Assembly: GCF_001194135.2 (NCBI RefSeq)
Contig: NC_068995.1
Coordinates: 411,920-453,675, forward strand
DNA from: Octopus bimaculoides
Lineage: Eukaryota
DNA length: 41,756 nt
Direction of reading: 5' to 3'
Shown here in pieces: positions 10,735 to 23,776 of the stretch. Numbering within the stretch: the stretch's first letter is position 1; each line of letters begins with the position of its first letter. The position numbers and the translations under genes were made by a program. The notes under the pieces were generated by a model. That model worked only from the letters and a program-made list of their open reading frames with translations, searched no databases and was not told the DNA's origin.

Positions 10735-10975
10735 GTGAAGAAGTGCGTGGTTTATTAATTAAGGTATAACACTTATGAAAGATTTCCATTTTGCGGAGCG
10801 GACGATATGTTGTACTCTTGAGCAAAACAATTCCTTTCGCGTTGTTGTCCAGTCCGCTCAATTGGCAGAAATGGATAAACCTACGACGGACTGGCGTCCC
10901 GTCCAGTGGGTGCTACATGTATGTCACAGAACCGGGGAAACCCATCTTATGAGCCTTTGGCTGGGGAAGAAACTT
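10735..10975 (+). mobile_element. SINE family C (copy 2, diverged head)
   Basis: gttgtactcttgagcaaaac...ccagtccgctcaattggcagaaatgg...cctacgacggactggcgtcccgtccag...accggggaaacc matches the reverse complement of 17676-17910. Confidence 0.75.
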
Positions 10976-11460
10976 CGATCCTTTGATGTAAATTTTCACA
11001 CACATACATATATTAATGGGCGTTGTTATGTATGTGTGCGCACGTGTGTGAGTGTGTGTGTGTATGTGTGCGTGCGCACGTGTGTGTGTGTGTGTGTGTA
11101 TATAACAAATACAACTGGAATGTTTAACAAAATGCTAGAAAGCGGTTGTTGATTAATTTTCTGAAGCTCAGCGGCGCATGTTGCAAGGGAGATAACTCTG
11201 TACTTCTAGCGTTTTATGGATGAGAAAAGACCGTTAAGTCGTTAAGTAGAATGTTTCCAAGAAAAATCCTTTATGTTTAGCCCAAGGTCAGCAATAAAGG
11301 AATTAATGGAATGGTATTCTAATCAAAGAGGTCCCAGTTATTACCATTCTGTCATTTTATAGATTTTCATCGAATTTGGCCACTATTTCTAGTCGATCGT
11401 ATTTTAGTTCCGGCAAACAAAACGCAGTCAAAATAAACCCAGCAACCGCCATCTCTCTCT

Positions 11461-11838
11461 CTTCTTTTACTTGGTTCAGTTATTAGACTACGGCCACGTT
11501 TGCACTCAGCCTTCAGTTTTTAGTTTTAAGAAGCGATCTGGGTAATTATGTATTTAAAGCTTGGTACGTATTCTATCGGTCTTATTTGCCGAACCGTTAT
11601 GTTACAGAGGCGCAAACACATTGACATAAGGTGTCAAGCGGTGGTGAGGGAAGAAACCCCACACAAACAAACACACACACACCACATATCTGTATATGAC
11701 AGGCTTCTTTTAGTTTCCATCTACAAAATACATTCATAAAACTTTGGTCGCTCCTAAGAGACTTGCCCAAGGTACGACACAGTGGGACTGAACCCGGGAC
11801 CGTATGGTTGGGAAGCAAGCTTCGTTCAACACAGCCAT
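11461..11838 (-). mobile_element. SINE family A (near full length)
   Basis: Same modules as 9783-10226 plus the 3' tail (tcttttacttggttcagttattagactacggcc on +); short internal (CA) tract. Confidence 0.8.
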
Positions 11839-12592
11839 ACACACACATACGCGCGTGTATATATATATATATATATATNNNNNNNNNNNNNNNNNNNNNN
11901 NNNNNNNNNNNNNNNNNNNNNNNNNNNNNNNNNNNNNNNNNNNNNNNNNNNNNNNNNNNNNNNNNNNNNNNNNNNNNNNNNNNNNNNNNNNNNNNNNNNN
12001 NNNNNNNNNNNNNNNNNNNNNNNNNNNNNNNNNNNNNNNNNNNNNNNNNNNNNNNNNNNNNNNNNNNNNNNNNNNNNNNNNNNNNNNNNNNNNNNNNNNN
12101 NNNNNNNNNNNNNNNNNNNNNNNNTATACTCTCTCTCTTTCCTTTCCCGAGCGTCTAGTAACACTCCGTATCACAACCTCACGTTCTTGTTTTTTGTTAT
12201 TGTTTTTTGTCTTTTCCCTTTTTTTTTTAACTTATATATATATATATATATGCAGAAAGGGGTAAATTAATTTTTTTTAATATAAGAGCAAGTTTATATA
12301 GCCAATATGGACCAGCCCCAGACAAGCTTATGCAAATAATGGAAGAAAAAAAAATTATTTTAGAATAGTCAAACAGGCTGCAGTATCTAACTCAATCTTC
12401 CAGGTTTCAAATCGTCCTCACGTAAACTATTATACTTGTTACTATCTATGGTTGGGAAAGAAGCTCCACGTATACAGGTCATACAGCCACGCACACACAC
12501 ACACACACATATATCTATACACATTCATGCGCACGCATATGCACAACTCAACAAAAACATACTTCTCCACGACATCTCTAGTGTTGTCACTA

Positions 12593-12632
<40 letters not shown>

Positions 12633-12810
12633 CACAAGAAATCCCACCCACCCACTTCCAGTGCCCCGCTCGTGTTTTCTTTAGTTTCCCCTCCTCTCCA
12701 CCACATCCGCCATATCTTGGCTGACCACCCGGACAAGTTGAAGGATTTTTGACCAACACCTATATCACTGCCATCCCTGTCACTCTCTCTTATGCTCTGT
12801 GTGTGTGCGT

Positions 12811-12869
<59 letters not shown>

Positions 12870-13531
12870 NNNNNNNNNNNNNNNNNNNNNNNNNNNNNNN
12901 NNNNNNNNNNNNNNNNNNNNNNNNNNNNNNNNNNNNNNNNNNNNNNNNNNNNNNNNNNNNNNNNNNNNNNNNNNNNNNNNNNNNNNNNNNNNNNNNNNNN
13001 NNNNNNNNNNNNNNNNNNNNNNNNNNNNNNNNNNNNNNNNNNNNNNNNNNNNNNNNNNNNNNNNNNNNNNNNNNNNNNNNNNNNNNNNNNNNNNNNNNNN
13101 NNNNNNNNNNNNNNNNNNNNNNNNNNNNNNNNNNNNNNNNNNNNNNNNNNNNNNNNNNNNNNNNNNNNNNNNNNNNNNNNNNNNNNNNNNNNNNNNNNNN
13201 NNNNNNNNNNNNNNNNNNNNNNNNNNNNNNNNNNNNNNNNNNNNNNNNNNNNNNNNNNNNNNNNNNNNNNNNNNNNNNNNNNNNNNNNNNNNNNNNNNNN
13301 NNNNNNNNNNNNNNNNNNNNNNNNNNNNNNNNNNNNNNNNNNNNNNNNNNNNNNNNNNNNNNNNNNNNNNNNNNNNNNNNNNNNNNNNNNNNNNNNNNNN
13401 NNNNNNNNNNNNNNNNNNNNNNNNNNNNNNNNNNNNNNNNNNNNNNNNNNNNNNNNNNNNNNNNNNNNNNNNNNNNNNNNNNNNNNNNNNNNNNNNNNNN
13501 NNNNNNNNNNNNNNNNNNNNNNNNNNNNNNN

Positions 13532-13568
<37 letters not shown>

Positions 13569-14206
13569 CTACTTACAAGCACATGTACACTTATATATCA
13601 CTATATACGTATGTGTGGGTATATATTTATATGTATATGGGTGTATGTATACGTGTATGTGTATGCGCGCGTCTGTGTTTGATATCTGGGTTATAACCGT
13701 AGGCCATAATTTACAAAGCTTCTCCATGAGTATCGGCTACCATATGCTATCATAAAGCAGGAATTCTCTTTAACTGGATACATATTTGGAAATCCATTAA
13801 TATCCGCAGAATTCATACAAAAAATTACAAAAAGATGGCGTGAACAGGCTTTAATCTTAATCGCAACAATTGTTTCCGTGCATTAGTATGAGCTGGGAAT
13901 TGTTGAACTTTTGCAATCCTGTACACATTCTTGCATTCCTATGATCCAACAATATCTGTGTATCCTCACATCTGCAGGTGAGTGGGCTCGAGAACACTGT
14001 ACTATAATATAATGCAATAGAATATTACGTGAACACACACACACACACACACGTATATATGCATATACACAAACAGGCGTCATAATCAGTCTGTCACGTA
14101 TTGTAAAGGAACAATCACAAATAATGTTTATATCGAAAGGGTTCATGAAACTAAAATATATTCAAGTGTAATCGAATATGGAATAGCATTTATGTATACA
14201 CATATA

Positions 14207-14346
14207 GGAGCAGGAGTGGATGTCTAGGAAGACGTTTGCTTCCCAGCCACAGGGTTCCGGGTTCAGTCCCACTGCCTGGCCCTGGGATGACCAAGCCTTG
14301 AGAGAGGACTTGATTGGTGGAAACTGAAAGAAGTCCGTCGTATCTA
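14207..14346 (+). mobile_element. SINE family A, 5' half
   Basis: ttgcttcccagccacagggttccgggttcagtcccactgc...gaaactgaaagaagtccgtcgtat, the reverse complement of the family-A head. Confidence 0.8.
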
Positions 14347-14889
14347 TAGTTGTAAATTGTAAAACATAACTGTTACCACTACTACATGGACCTGAAGATT
14401 GCATAGTTTAATGCATGAAAGTACTAGTTCATTCAGAATGGACGTTTAATGTTCTATCATTTCATTATCTTATCTTATCTTTTATTATTATAAGATTGTA
14501 AAATGTGAAAATCAGACAAAGTTGGAATTTCTTTGAGTGATATATTCTTCTATACGCAATCATACACACCCGTGTGTATATATATGTGTGTGTGTGTGTG
14601 TGTGTATTGTTAGCGAAATGAGCCTCCCAAGACACAAAATGTGTGGGGGGAGGCATGCATGTGCGTGTATGTGTGTGCATGTATGTGTGTGTGTGTTTAT
14701 GTATACATATATGTATATATGTGTGTGTGTGTGTGTATCTATCCATTTATCTATCTATATATGTGTGCGTGTGTATGTGCATGCAGCGACCGAGGTTCTA
14801 TCGCTTTTCTTATTAAGATTTCGTGACTTTTAACCTAACCAACATATATACACACACACACACAATATGCTGGTTATATTTTCTATGTG

Positions 14890-14921
<32 letters not shown>

Positions 14922-15289
14922 TGTATATATGCATGTATATTGATAATCGACTCCACCCCCCACCCCCATCCACATTGAACAGCCGTATATTCACAGCGAG
15001 GAAAGTTCCCAGCATTCAACGAAATAGTCTTTAATTCCAGACACAAGTGAAACAATGTCGGTAAGTCGCTTTAATCCGATTGATGTTTAATGGGGATACA
15101 CAGATGACCAGCGGCCATCTCCCGTTCTGCCGAATTCGGAGATGGTTTGATGAATATGGCTGTGTGTGCGTGTGTGTGTGTGCGTGTGCGTGTGTGTGTG
15201 TGTGCGTGTGTGTGTGCATGTATATGTGTGAAATATATATACTCATATTTATATACATATATAAAGTATATAAATAGAAATATATATGT

Positions 15290-15339
<50 letters not shown>

Positions 15340-16036
15340 CACACACACATATATATACGCACACACATATACGTGCGTTTATATTTGGGTGGGGGTGAGT
15401 CTGCATGTATATATGTGTATGTTTGTGTGTGTGCGTAGACACCCCCACGCCCATGTGTTTCTATCCGTCTGTGTTTCTGTATCCGAGAATATCGGTGTTA
15501 AACGGTGTTAGTTGCTGCCGCCCCAGGGGGGAGTCTTCTCTGAAACAAACGGTTAATTTGTTTCCTGCCAGTACAATATAGGGAGGCGTGCCACTAACAT
15601 ATTTAAGAAAACACAGTAACTCGAATAATCTTCAATTTTAACATCAACTTCTAACAAACACACCATCTCCTCTTCCGCCTCCCCCGCCTCCTCCTCCTTC
15701 TTCTTCTCTCTTTCTCTCTCATACTCGTTCTCTATCTTTTTCTTCGTGTTTGCTTCTTTGTTGTTTTACATTTCAAACATTGTTTATATGTGTTTTTTTT
15801 TTCTTTTCACTTATATTTAAATTTCTATTTTCTATATATTTAGTTAGAGAACATTTTCGTTTTTTGCAATGTGAAGTTGTTCTGTGTTTTAAATGTGATG
15901 AAAGTATGAAAGCACAAATGTAACTGGATTTCTATGGAAGCACAGACGTTTATATGGGAGCATAGACGTATTAATATATGGCAGTATGGAAGTCACAAAA
16001 GTTGTGGAAGTAAAGAGGTAAAAGTAATGTATGGAA

Positions 16037-16081
<45 letters not shown>

Positions 16082-16600
16082 TAGACATGGAGGTATAAAT
16101 TTTATATAAATGTACATACATATTCAAATTTGTAAACAAAATCTTTTTGATAACCGATTCAGTGTGAATTGGAAAATATTTTTCATTAACTTCTAAAGTT
16201 TCGATCTGAGAATAGAAGGGAAAAAAAAACACATAAACCATTTCTTTTCATGGAGTTAATGACAAAGAAACCCGTTTGAAATGGGTGACAAATGAAAATC
16301 GATCTGCTTCGAAAGGGAGACATATCGGTGTTTGAACCAATGAAAGGCATTGACTAAGAGAAGCATTGAAATGTATTGACTCGTCCAGGTGTTGCGTATT
16401 TGATGGGCACAAAATGAGAAGCACATCAAGCCTAACCTCCCATTTTTAGATTCGCTGTCAATAGCAGTTGTCACATCTCAATGGACCAATGAAATCGCAT
16501 GCTTTTGCCCGCCGGCTGATTTCATCTCTCCTCTTCAAATGAAATATAATTCTCTCTTGTCTTTTTTTTCATTCTTTTAAAATATATATACATACATACA

Positions 16601-16669
<69 letters not shown>

Positions 16670-16700
16670 CGAGAGAGAGAGAGAAGTGGGGAAGTGGGGG

Positions 16701-16704
<4 letters not shown>

Positions 16705-16738
<34 letters not shown>

Positions 16739-16770
16739 TAAATAGATAGATAGATAGATAGATAGATAGA
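16705..16770. repeat. (AGAC)n-(AGAT)n compound microsatellite
   Basis: Read directly. Confidence 0.9.
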
Positions 16771-17675
16771 TGTGTTAATATGTATACAAAAGTTGTTTTT
16801 TTTGTTTTGTTTTTTTTTAAAATCATTTCAACGTGTTTTGCTAAAAAGTTTTGTTAAGATTTCCACTCGATATTTCAGTTTGGAAAATAGCCTTTTTATC
16901 AAGGAAAATTCAATGATAAAAACTTTTTTTAAAATAAGATCAAAAGCAAAAACAATGCGAAGGACAACCACAGCTGCGTCGCTAATATAAAAACTCCACC
17001 AAAAGGCTCAGTCCAGTCTTACAAAATATGTACCCCAGGTTCCAAATGACTGAATACGATTTCAGAAATATGGATCTAAATATATCCACTTTATGGAAAA
17101 TAACAGTGAAAGCGCTTGCGTATAGAACCATTTACAAAAGAAAACAGTTTTGAGATGGCATTAAGACAACAGAGAAGAGATTTCAAATATGGAATACACA
17201 GCGCCTGCATTCTTTGATATCTCACGATAGAATTTATTCAGCTTCTCTTGTGAGTATGAGGAATCTGCAAGACTCTAAGACAAACCATGCAAAAAGGAAA
17301 TGGTGGAACTTGCGCTTGCGGAAAAGTGCCGTGTCTTAATAGCAAAGGGCCAAACAGAAGAGATGAGAGATAATTCACATAATCCTCATTGAGAAAAGTA
17401 TTTCCTCAGGGGATTTGGAACTAAGACGAATTAAGGGACGCGTGTGTGTATGTGTGTGCGTATGTGAGTGTGCGTACGTATGTGTACGTGTGTGAGTGTG
17501 TGTGTGCGTATGTATTTGTGTACGTATGTGTGTGTGTGTAGACATACATAGTTACAACAATGTTTAATGATCAAACATTTAGTCTCAGAGTGAAAACAGA
17601 TCACGTGGTTAAATAACGTGAATCTCTACATTCAGCTTGACGATAAGTGAGTTACTTGGGTAGAGTCACCTTTTC

Positions 17676-17910
17676 AAACCTTACTGACTCGTAAGGGCCG
17701 GTTTCCCGTCTTCCATATTCCCGCGCCTGGACGGGACGCCGGTCCGTTGCAGGATTAACCCATTTTTTGGCAGTTGAGTGGACTGGAGCATAATGGAGTG
17801 AAATGAAGAGTTTTGCTCAAGAACACAATATGCCACCCGGTCCAGGAATCGAAACCACAATCTTGTGGTCATGACTCCAACACCTTAACCACTAAGCCAC
17901 GCGCCTCCAC
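17676..17910 (-). mobile_element. tRNA-derived SINE, family C (best-preserved copy)
   Basis: The reverse complement begins gtggaggcgcgtggcttagtggttaaggtg...ggtttcgattcctggaccggg (A and B boxes), then gtgttcttgagcaaaac and cctgcaacggaccggcgtcccgtccagg. Confidence 0.85.
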
Positions 17911-18805
17911 AACTGGAAGATAGAATCAACTAGTTTCGGCTTTCCTTACAGCGTCATCAAAATTCTTTTACTTTCTCCCAACTGCTGAGACAGAGAGTTT
18001 AGTGGCACCAATTCTTCGGCAATCCTGATCAAGGAATCTATTCATCAATGCATCATTAAATGCTTATTAATTATGGGGAAGGGGGGTAATTAAAACTCAG
18101 ATATGCTGTACTGTTGCTCTAATTTATACAGAATTATAATTTCTTTGTTGAAATTTTAAAACTTCTTTCTTTTAAATTTTGAGAGTCATCTTGTATCCGA
18201 GATTGGTCTTCATTCGATCCATGATCCCTCGTCGTCATAAGTCTTCTTGATCTGCCTCTAGAAGACTTCACCAACTCTGCCATTGCTACCAACATCTTCG
18301 TATCCTCCACCACCACCACTACCAACAATAAAAGCAGCAACAACACCAACACAGCCACCTCTAGCATCAAGGTCACGGCTTCAACCACCACCACCATCAC
18401 CATACCCCTCTCCCCCAAATCCGTGTAGCCCCTACATCCAGGTTCGACTTGTCATAGGGGCTTTCAACATGTAAGCTATAAGATAAAACACGCACACACT
18501 CACATACACAAACACACACATAAACAAAGGAACAAAAATACACACACATACACAAGGGGATACACGCACGAACTAAACTATACACATACACATAGAAACG
18601 CAAACATATACACACAAACGAAAACACACGCACGCACACACACACACACACACACACATACACACACACAAAGAGAAATCCGGTGAAACTGAAGCCGTGG
18701 CTTCTAAAGACAGGCGACACACAGACGAGAACATTGAAATCAGAAAGTGGGATGCTCCAGCATGGACGTAGTGCTGATGGCTAAAACAAACTAAAGTGCA
18801 TAAAT

Positions 18806-18836
<31 letters not shown>

Positions 18837-19181
18837 TATATATATAAACATACACGTACGTGTAGACACACACACACAATAAACGACAAAGAAACGATTC
18901 CACGCCGCCGCCGTCGCCGCCAGAGTTATAACAGCGAGAAAGGAGTAATTAGGCGAGGGTGGTAGTTAGAGGTAGATGAATGAAGGAGGTCTTTATTTCT
19001 AACATCCCTTTCCTCCTCCGCCTCCTCATCGTAACGAGTTGTGGGATGCTGACAGGTGTTGCTTGTGATGACAGAGAGAGAGAGAAAGGGGACAAGAAGG
19101 GGTCCCCGGCTGGTTGGTTGGTCGGTTGGTGGGGTAGGTGGATGGATGGACGGATGGACGGATGGATGGTAAGTTCTTTGT

Positions 19182-19365
19182 ATGATGATGATGATGATGA
19201 TGATGGTGGTGGAGTGATAATGAAGATGATGATGACTGCGAGGACGGCGATGATGATGATGATGATGATGATGATGAGGGTAACGACGACGACATCGACG
19301 AGAGCGATGACGCTGACGCTGACGCTAACGACACCTTTGATGACGATGATGATGATGATGATGAT
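19182..19365. repeat. (GAT)n/(GAC)n trinucleotide microsatellite cluster
   Basis: Read directly; it generates the spurious poly-M/poly-D ORF 18980-19543. Confidence 0.9.
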
Positions 19366-19689
19366 TGTGGTAGTAATTAATCTTAGGCTACTCCTGTCAG
19401 ACCAAATGCCTGCCCGCTGTCCACTATGCCTTTGTTATAGCCGTTTTTTAACCCGAAGTCAGCTATGGTCAAGCAGACATGTGAGCAAATGCATTCCAAC
19501 CGTGACCATCTCATTTTATTTACTTATGTGTACTCTTTTCTAAGACCGTAGAGGGTGACTTAGCTGCTATTTTTGGGAGGTCGAGTTAGAAAACCTTTGC
19601 TTCATGTTATCTTGGGTAACATTTGCTTCCTGTAATCTTGCTTCATGAGACAACCTTTGCTTCGTGTTATCTTGGGCCCCCTTCAACTT

Positions 19690-20400
19690 TCGATGGATTC
19701 GTTGGGGCACCATCGTAGGACAGTTTTGCAATCCCATTGGCTTTTCTTTGACAGTCATATCATCTCTTTCTTCACCATTGTGATATCATCGCGTGAACCA
19801 TTCTGATGTGGAAGGGTTTCCCCGACCCGCCTCATTCGTGATGTGTTCCATGCATGAAACGACTAACATGTAACAGCATCGCATTTCCAATCTCTGTATC
19901 TTCGCATCAACCTCAGTGCAGTCCATTTCCAACATATTTACAGAAAGACGTGAAATACCATTGTACGTAGGAATCTGCTTTTATTCTTCGTGGTGATGTT
20001 TCCTATCTCTCCATATTGTTAGCGCAGTCACTGTCGGTGCGTTTCTTACGAGGATTTCAGACCTAGATCCCTCATCATAAATAAACTACCTTCAGACATC
20101 TCAACTATCTCTACTTTCTCTACTTTCTACAGTGATGTCTCTTGAGATGGCACCGATGACATTTCTCACCATTTCCTTCCCTTACTCGATACAAGTTCTT
20201 TCAAAGTTCTTAACGAATTACATCCATTTATCTTCATTTCCTACCCGTGGAAGCACTCAAATATTGACACCATGGATTCATTACTTACATTGCATAATCT
20301 AATTTCATAACTAATATCAACAGACTCAAGACTTGCTGCTATATTTCAGGGATGCACACGTCTCTGTTCTTGTAGTTAATCTCTTTACGTAACTGGCTCT
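19690..20400 (-). mobile_element. Decayed RTE-clade LINE fragment (RT C-terminal region / 3' end)
   Basis: Minus-strand translations DEGSRSEILVRNAPTVTALTIWRDR (20076-20002) and IQRLEMRCCYMLVVSCMEHITNEA (19899-19828) match remembered RTE motifs DEGSKPEILSRIAQT..AL...IWRD and IQAFEMRCYRRLL.ISY.EH.TNEEV. The segment gatggtgccccaacga resembles an RTE 3' end. Multiple stops and frameshifts. Confidence 0.7.
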
Positions 20401-20624
20401 GTTCTACTGCCGTGGCACCGATTCAAAACTTGTGTGCTAAAAAAACGGACACATTCCTTGCGTAACATTTAATTCCTCCTTAACAACATTCACAGACTCT
20501 GATGTGGTTGATATTTTATACAACATTCTTATGTCTATCCTTAGAGTTAATCTTTCAACGTCCCTGGATGCACAGGAGTGGCTGTGTTGCCAGCGGTACC
20601 AATAACAAACAGAATAATTCTTTC

Positions 20625-20824
20625 TAGTTTTTGGCACAAGGCTAGCAATTTTGAGGGGTTGGGGAAGCCGATTACATCGATCCCAGTGTTTTACTGGTGT
20701 TTAATTTTATCGACTCCGAAACGAATGAAAGACAAAGTTGTCCTTGATATGATTTGAACTCAGAACACAAAGATGCCACGAAGTATTTTACCCGATGCGC
20801 TAACGATTCTGTCAACTGACTGCT
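20625..20824 (-). mobile_element. tRNA-derived SINE, family B
   Basis: ttggcacaaggctagcaatttt...atcgatcccagtg..actggt..ttttatcgactccgaa..gaaag..aaagt..tttgaactcag...gctaacgattctg, homologous to 25519-25786. Confidence 0.8.
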
Positions 20825-21955
20825 TTAATAATTAATAGAACAACACACCTTTTGACTGATTCAGCAATGAAGTCGGTGTCATTCCTCTTCAACATAATGT
20901 TTTCATAATGTTTTTTAGACTCCTAGTCAGGAGAGACCCGGCGGCACTCGTGACCCTTTTTGGGTGCTTAACAAGCTCCTTGAGTGTTACTATTTCTTGC
21001 TTTCTTCCTATCAGAGAAGTGGGGAAGAGAGTAGAAGTTTATCCTCAGACTGAAGAATTCGTCTGAATATTTTACAATATGGACTTCACGAAAAATACTC
21101 AAGAACCAGATGGACTAGGAGACGTTTTAGCTCAATCGTTTCGTTTCTCTCATTCTTACCTTCTTTCTTTCCCCCCCTCCCTCTCTCTCCCTCTCTCTCT
21201 TTCTCTCTCTATTTATAAGTATGAGCATTTACTTATGCTTATATTTATGAGTAATGTCTCTTTTCTGATGTGTTTGTGTGTTTGTATGACAGTTTTAATA
21301 CAAAATCACAACAGTCAACGCAACATCTTTCAACAGAAAATAAAGAAATACATTTTTTCAGCAGCAGACGATGATGAATTAAGAATATTATAACATATTT
21401 TGTTGGACAAATGGCTGTTACTAGACATTTCGATCTTCTTTTCGGTGATCAACTATGATATTTTTTTCATTTTTTAAATAAATTTCAGCGAAATTTCACA
21501 GCCTGTAAATTTCTCTTCACCCCCCCACCCCACCCGCCATGCAATCGTCAAAGCTTAGAAGATCCGGGTTCTTACACAACGTTACCCCAACTCCCATAAC
21601 ATCCTTGAGAATATTAATGATACTTGAACAAGGTATACACATAGGNNNNNNNNNNNNNNNNNNNNNNNNNNNNNNNNNNNNNNNNNNNNNNNNNNNNNNN
21701 NNNNNNNNNNNNNNNNNNNNNNNNNNNNNNNNNNNNNNNNNNNNNNNNNNNNNNNNNNNNNNNNNNNNNNNNNNNNNNNNNNNNNNNNNNNNNNNNNNNN
21801 NNNNNNNNNNNNNNNNNNNNNNNNNNNNNNNNNNNNNNNNNNNNNNNNNNNNNNNNNNNNNNNNNNNNNNNNNNNNNNNNNNNNNNNNNNNNNNNNNNNN
21901 NNNNNNNNNNNNNNNNNNNNNNNNNNNNNNNNNNNNNNNNNNNNNNNTCTCTCTC

Positions 21956-21991
<36 letters not shown>

Positions 21992-23194
21992 CCCCTTCAC
22001 TCTTTCCCGTTTTTCTTAACATGCGGGTGCTACAACATATTTGCAGATACATCGACACACCAACGCACTCATATGACACATACATACACATACACCCACC
22101 AACACAAACATACACACACGCACACACGCTTATACACAGACACTTAAATATTCATCTTTTACCCTCAGCTACATTCCAATTGTTATTATTGTTGTTGTCG
22201 TTGTTACTTGTTTACTTCTTTTCTGATAATCTCGCAGCTAAGTGAATATTTCTTTATCTGAGACAAGAAGAGATTTTTGTCTTTGTTTCGTTTTTTTTTT
22301 TTTTGTCTTGTACTGATGAGGGTATCCTTTCCCTTTTAGTGGCTATTTCTTCCCGCCCCCTCCCCCACCCCACTGCTTCTGTTTTCCCAAATTGCATGAT
22401 GACCCTTATTGGTTAAGCAATATTTTTATATATCCACAAGTATATGACTTACATACATACATACATATGTATACATGTTGATACNNNNNNNNNNNNNNNN
22501 NNNNNNNNNNNNNNNNNNNNNNNNNNNNNNNNNNNNNNNNNNNNNNNNNNNNNNNNNNNNNNNNNNNNNNNNNNNNNNNNNNNNNNNNNNNNNNNNNNNN
22601 NNNNNNNNNNNNNNNNNNNNNNNNNNNNNNNNNNNNNNNNNNNNNNNNNNNNNNNNNNNNNNNNNNNNNNNNNNNNNNNNNNNNNNNNNNNNNNNNNNNN
22701 NNNNNNNNNNNNNNNNNNNNNNNNNNNNNNNNNNNNNNNNNNNNNNNNNNNNNNNNNNNNNNNNNNNNNNNNNNNNNNNNNNNNNNNNNNNNNNNNNNNN
22801 NNNNNNNNNNNNNNNNNNNNNNNNNNNNNNNNNNNNNNNNNNNNNNNNNNNNNNNNNNNNNNNNNNNNNNNNNNNNNNNNNNNNNNNNNNNNNNNNNNNN
22901 NNNNNNNNNNNNNNNNNNNNNNNNNNNNNNNNNNNNNNNNNNNNNNNNNNNNNNNNNNNNNNNNNNNNNNNNNNNNNNNNNNNNNNNNNNNNNNNNNNNN
23001 NNNNNNNNNNNNNNNNNNNNNNNNNNNNNNNNNNNNNNNNNNNNNNNNNNNNNNNNNNNNNNNNNNNNNNNNNNNNNNNNNNNNNNNNNNNNNNNNNNNN
23101 NNNNNNNNNGGGGGGGGGGGTACTACTTGAAAACCTCATTATTGTATCGTGTGGCTATGAGTAGAAAGTGAAGCATAGAACTTATACGGGTCCA

Positions 23195-23517
23195 CAGAAT
23201 CGTTAGAGCATCGGAAAGAAAAAAGTTCCGAGGTATTTGTTCCGGTTCTTTACTTTCTGAGTTCAAATCCCACCGAGGTCAACTTGTCTTTCGATGGGGA
23301 TAAAATAATTACAATAGTCAAGTGGGGCGGGGGTCAATGATATCGATTAATCCTACTTGCTGTAAAATCGTTGGGTTTCATCCAATATTTGAAACAATGC
23401 TTTTCATCATTTCAGGGCCGATAAAATAAAGTACCAGTCAAGTACTGGGGTCGATTGTATCGACTAAACACTGCCTTCAAAATTGGTAACCCTTACGTCT
23501 AAATCAGAAAGAACGAT
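23195..23517 (+). mobile_element. SINE family B: one near-complete copy (23195-23397) plus an abutting 3'-half copy (23398-23517)
   Basis: cagaatcgttag...ctgagttcaaatcccaccgaggtcaact...gataaaataa...tttgaaac, then ttttcatcatttcagggccgataaaataaagtaccag...tggggtcgattgtatcgact. Confidence 0.75.
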
Positions 23518-23776
23518 TTCTGATTTCTGAGAGTAACATTTGAGAGTGAATCTCCGTTCCGACAACACCAACTTTCTCGTTTTGTTGCATGAATTGCTCA
23601 AGTAATTCCACTTCTTTCTGTCAGTTTGTTCTGTTGAATCTTCCATCTTTCACATATACTTTTCTCACTGTTCATAATCCATGAGCAAATTAAGATTTTC
23701 TCAATAGGTTTGTCAGAGGAATTCAGCTGTATCACGAAATGTAATGAGGAGAGCAAGCCTCCCTCAAATATTCTGC

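Noticed and set aside
11734-13755. Long ORFs spanning N runs (also at 21.5-23.2, 31.2-32.2 and 35.2-36.0 kb)
   Set aside because: They are open only because N codons contain no stops.
18427-18462. Hairpin with GGTTCGACT (B-box/T-loop-like)
   Set aside because: No cloverleaf or A-box can be built; not a tRNA. The SINE heads are likewise tRNA-derived but not functional tRNA genes.
18980-19543. 187-aa ORF with poly-D/poly-M
   Set aside because: It is a (GAT)n/(GGAT)n microsatellite translation with no recognisable domain.
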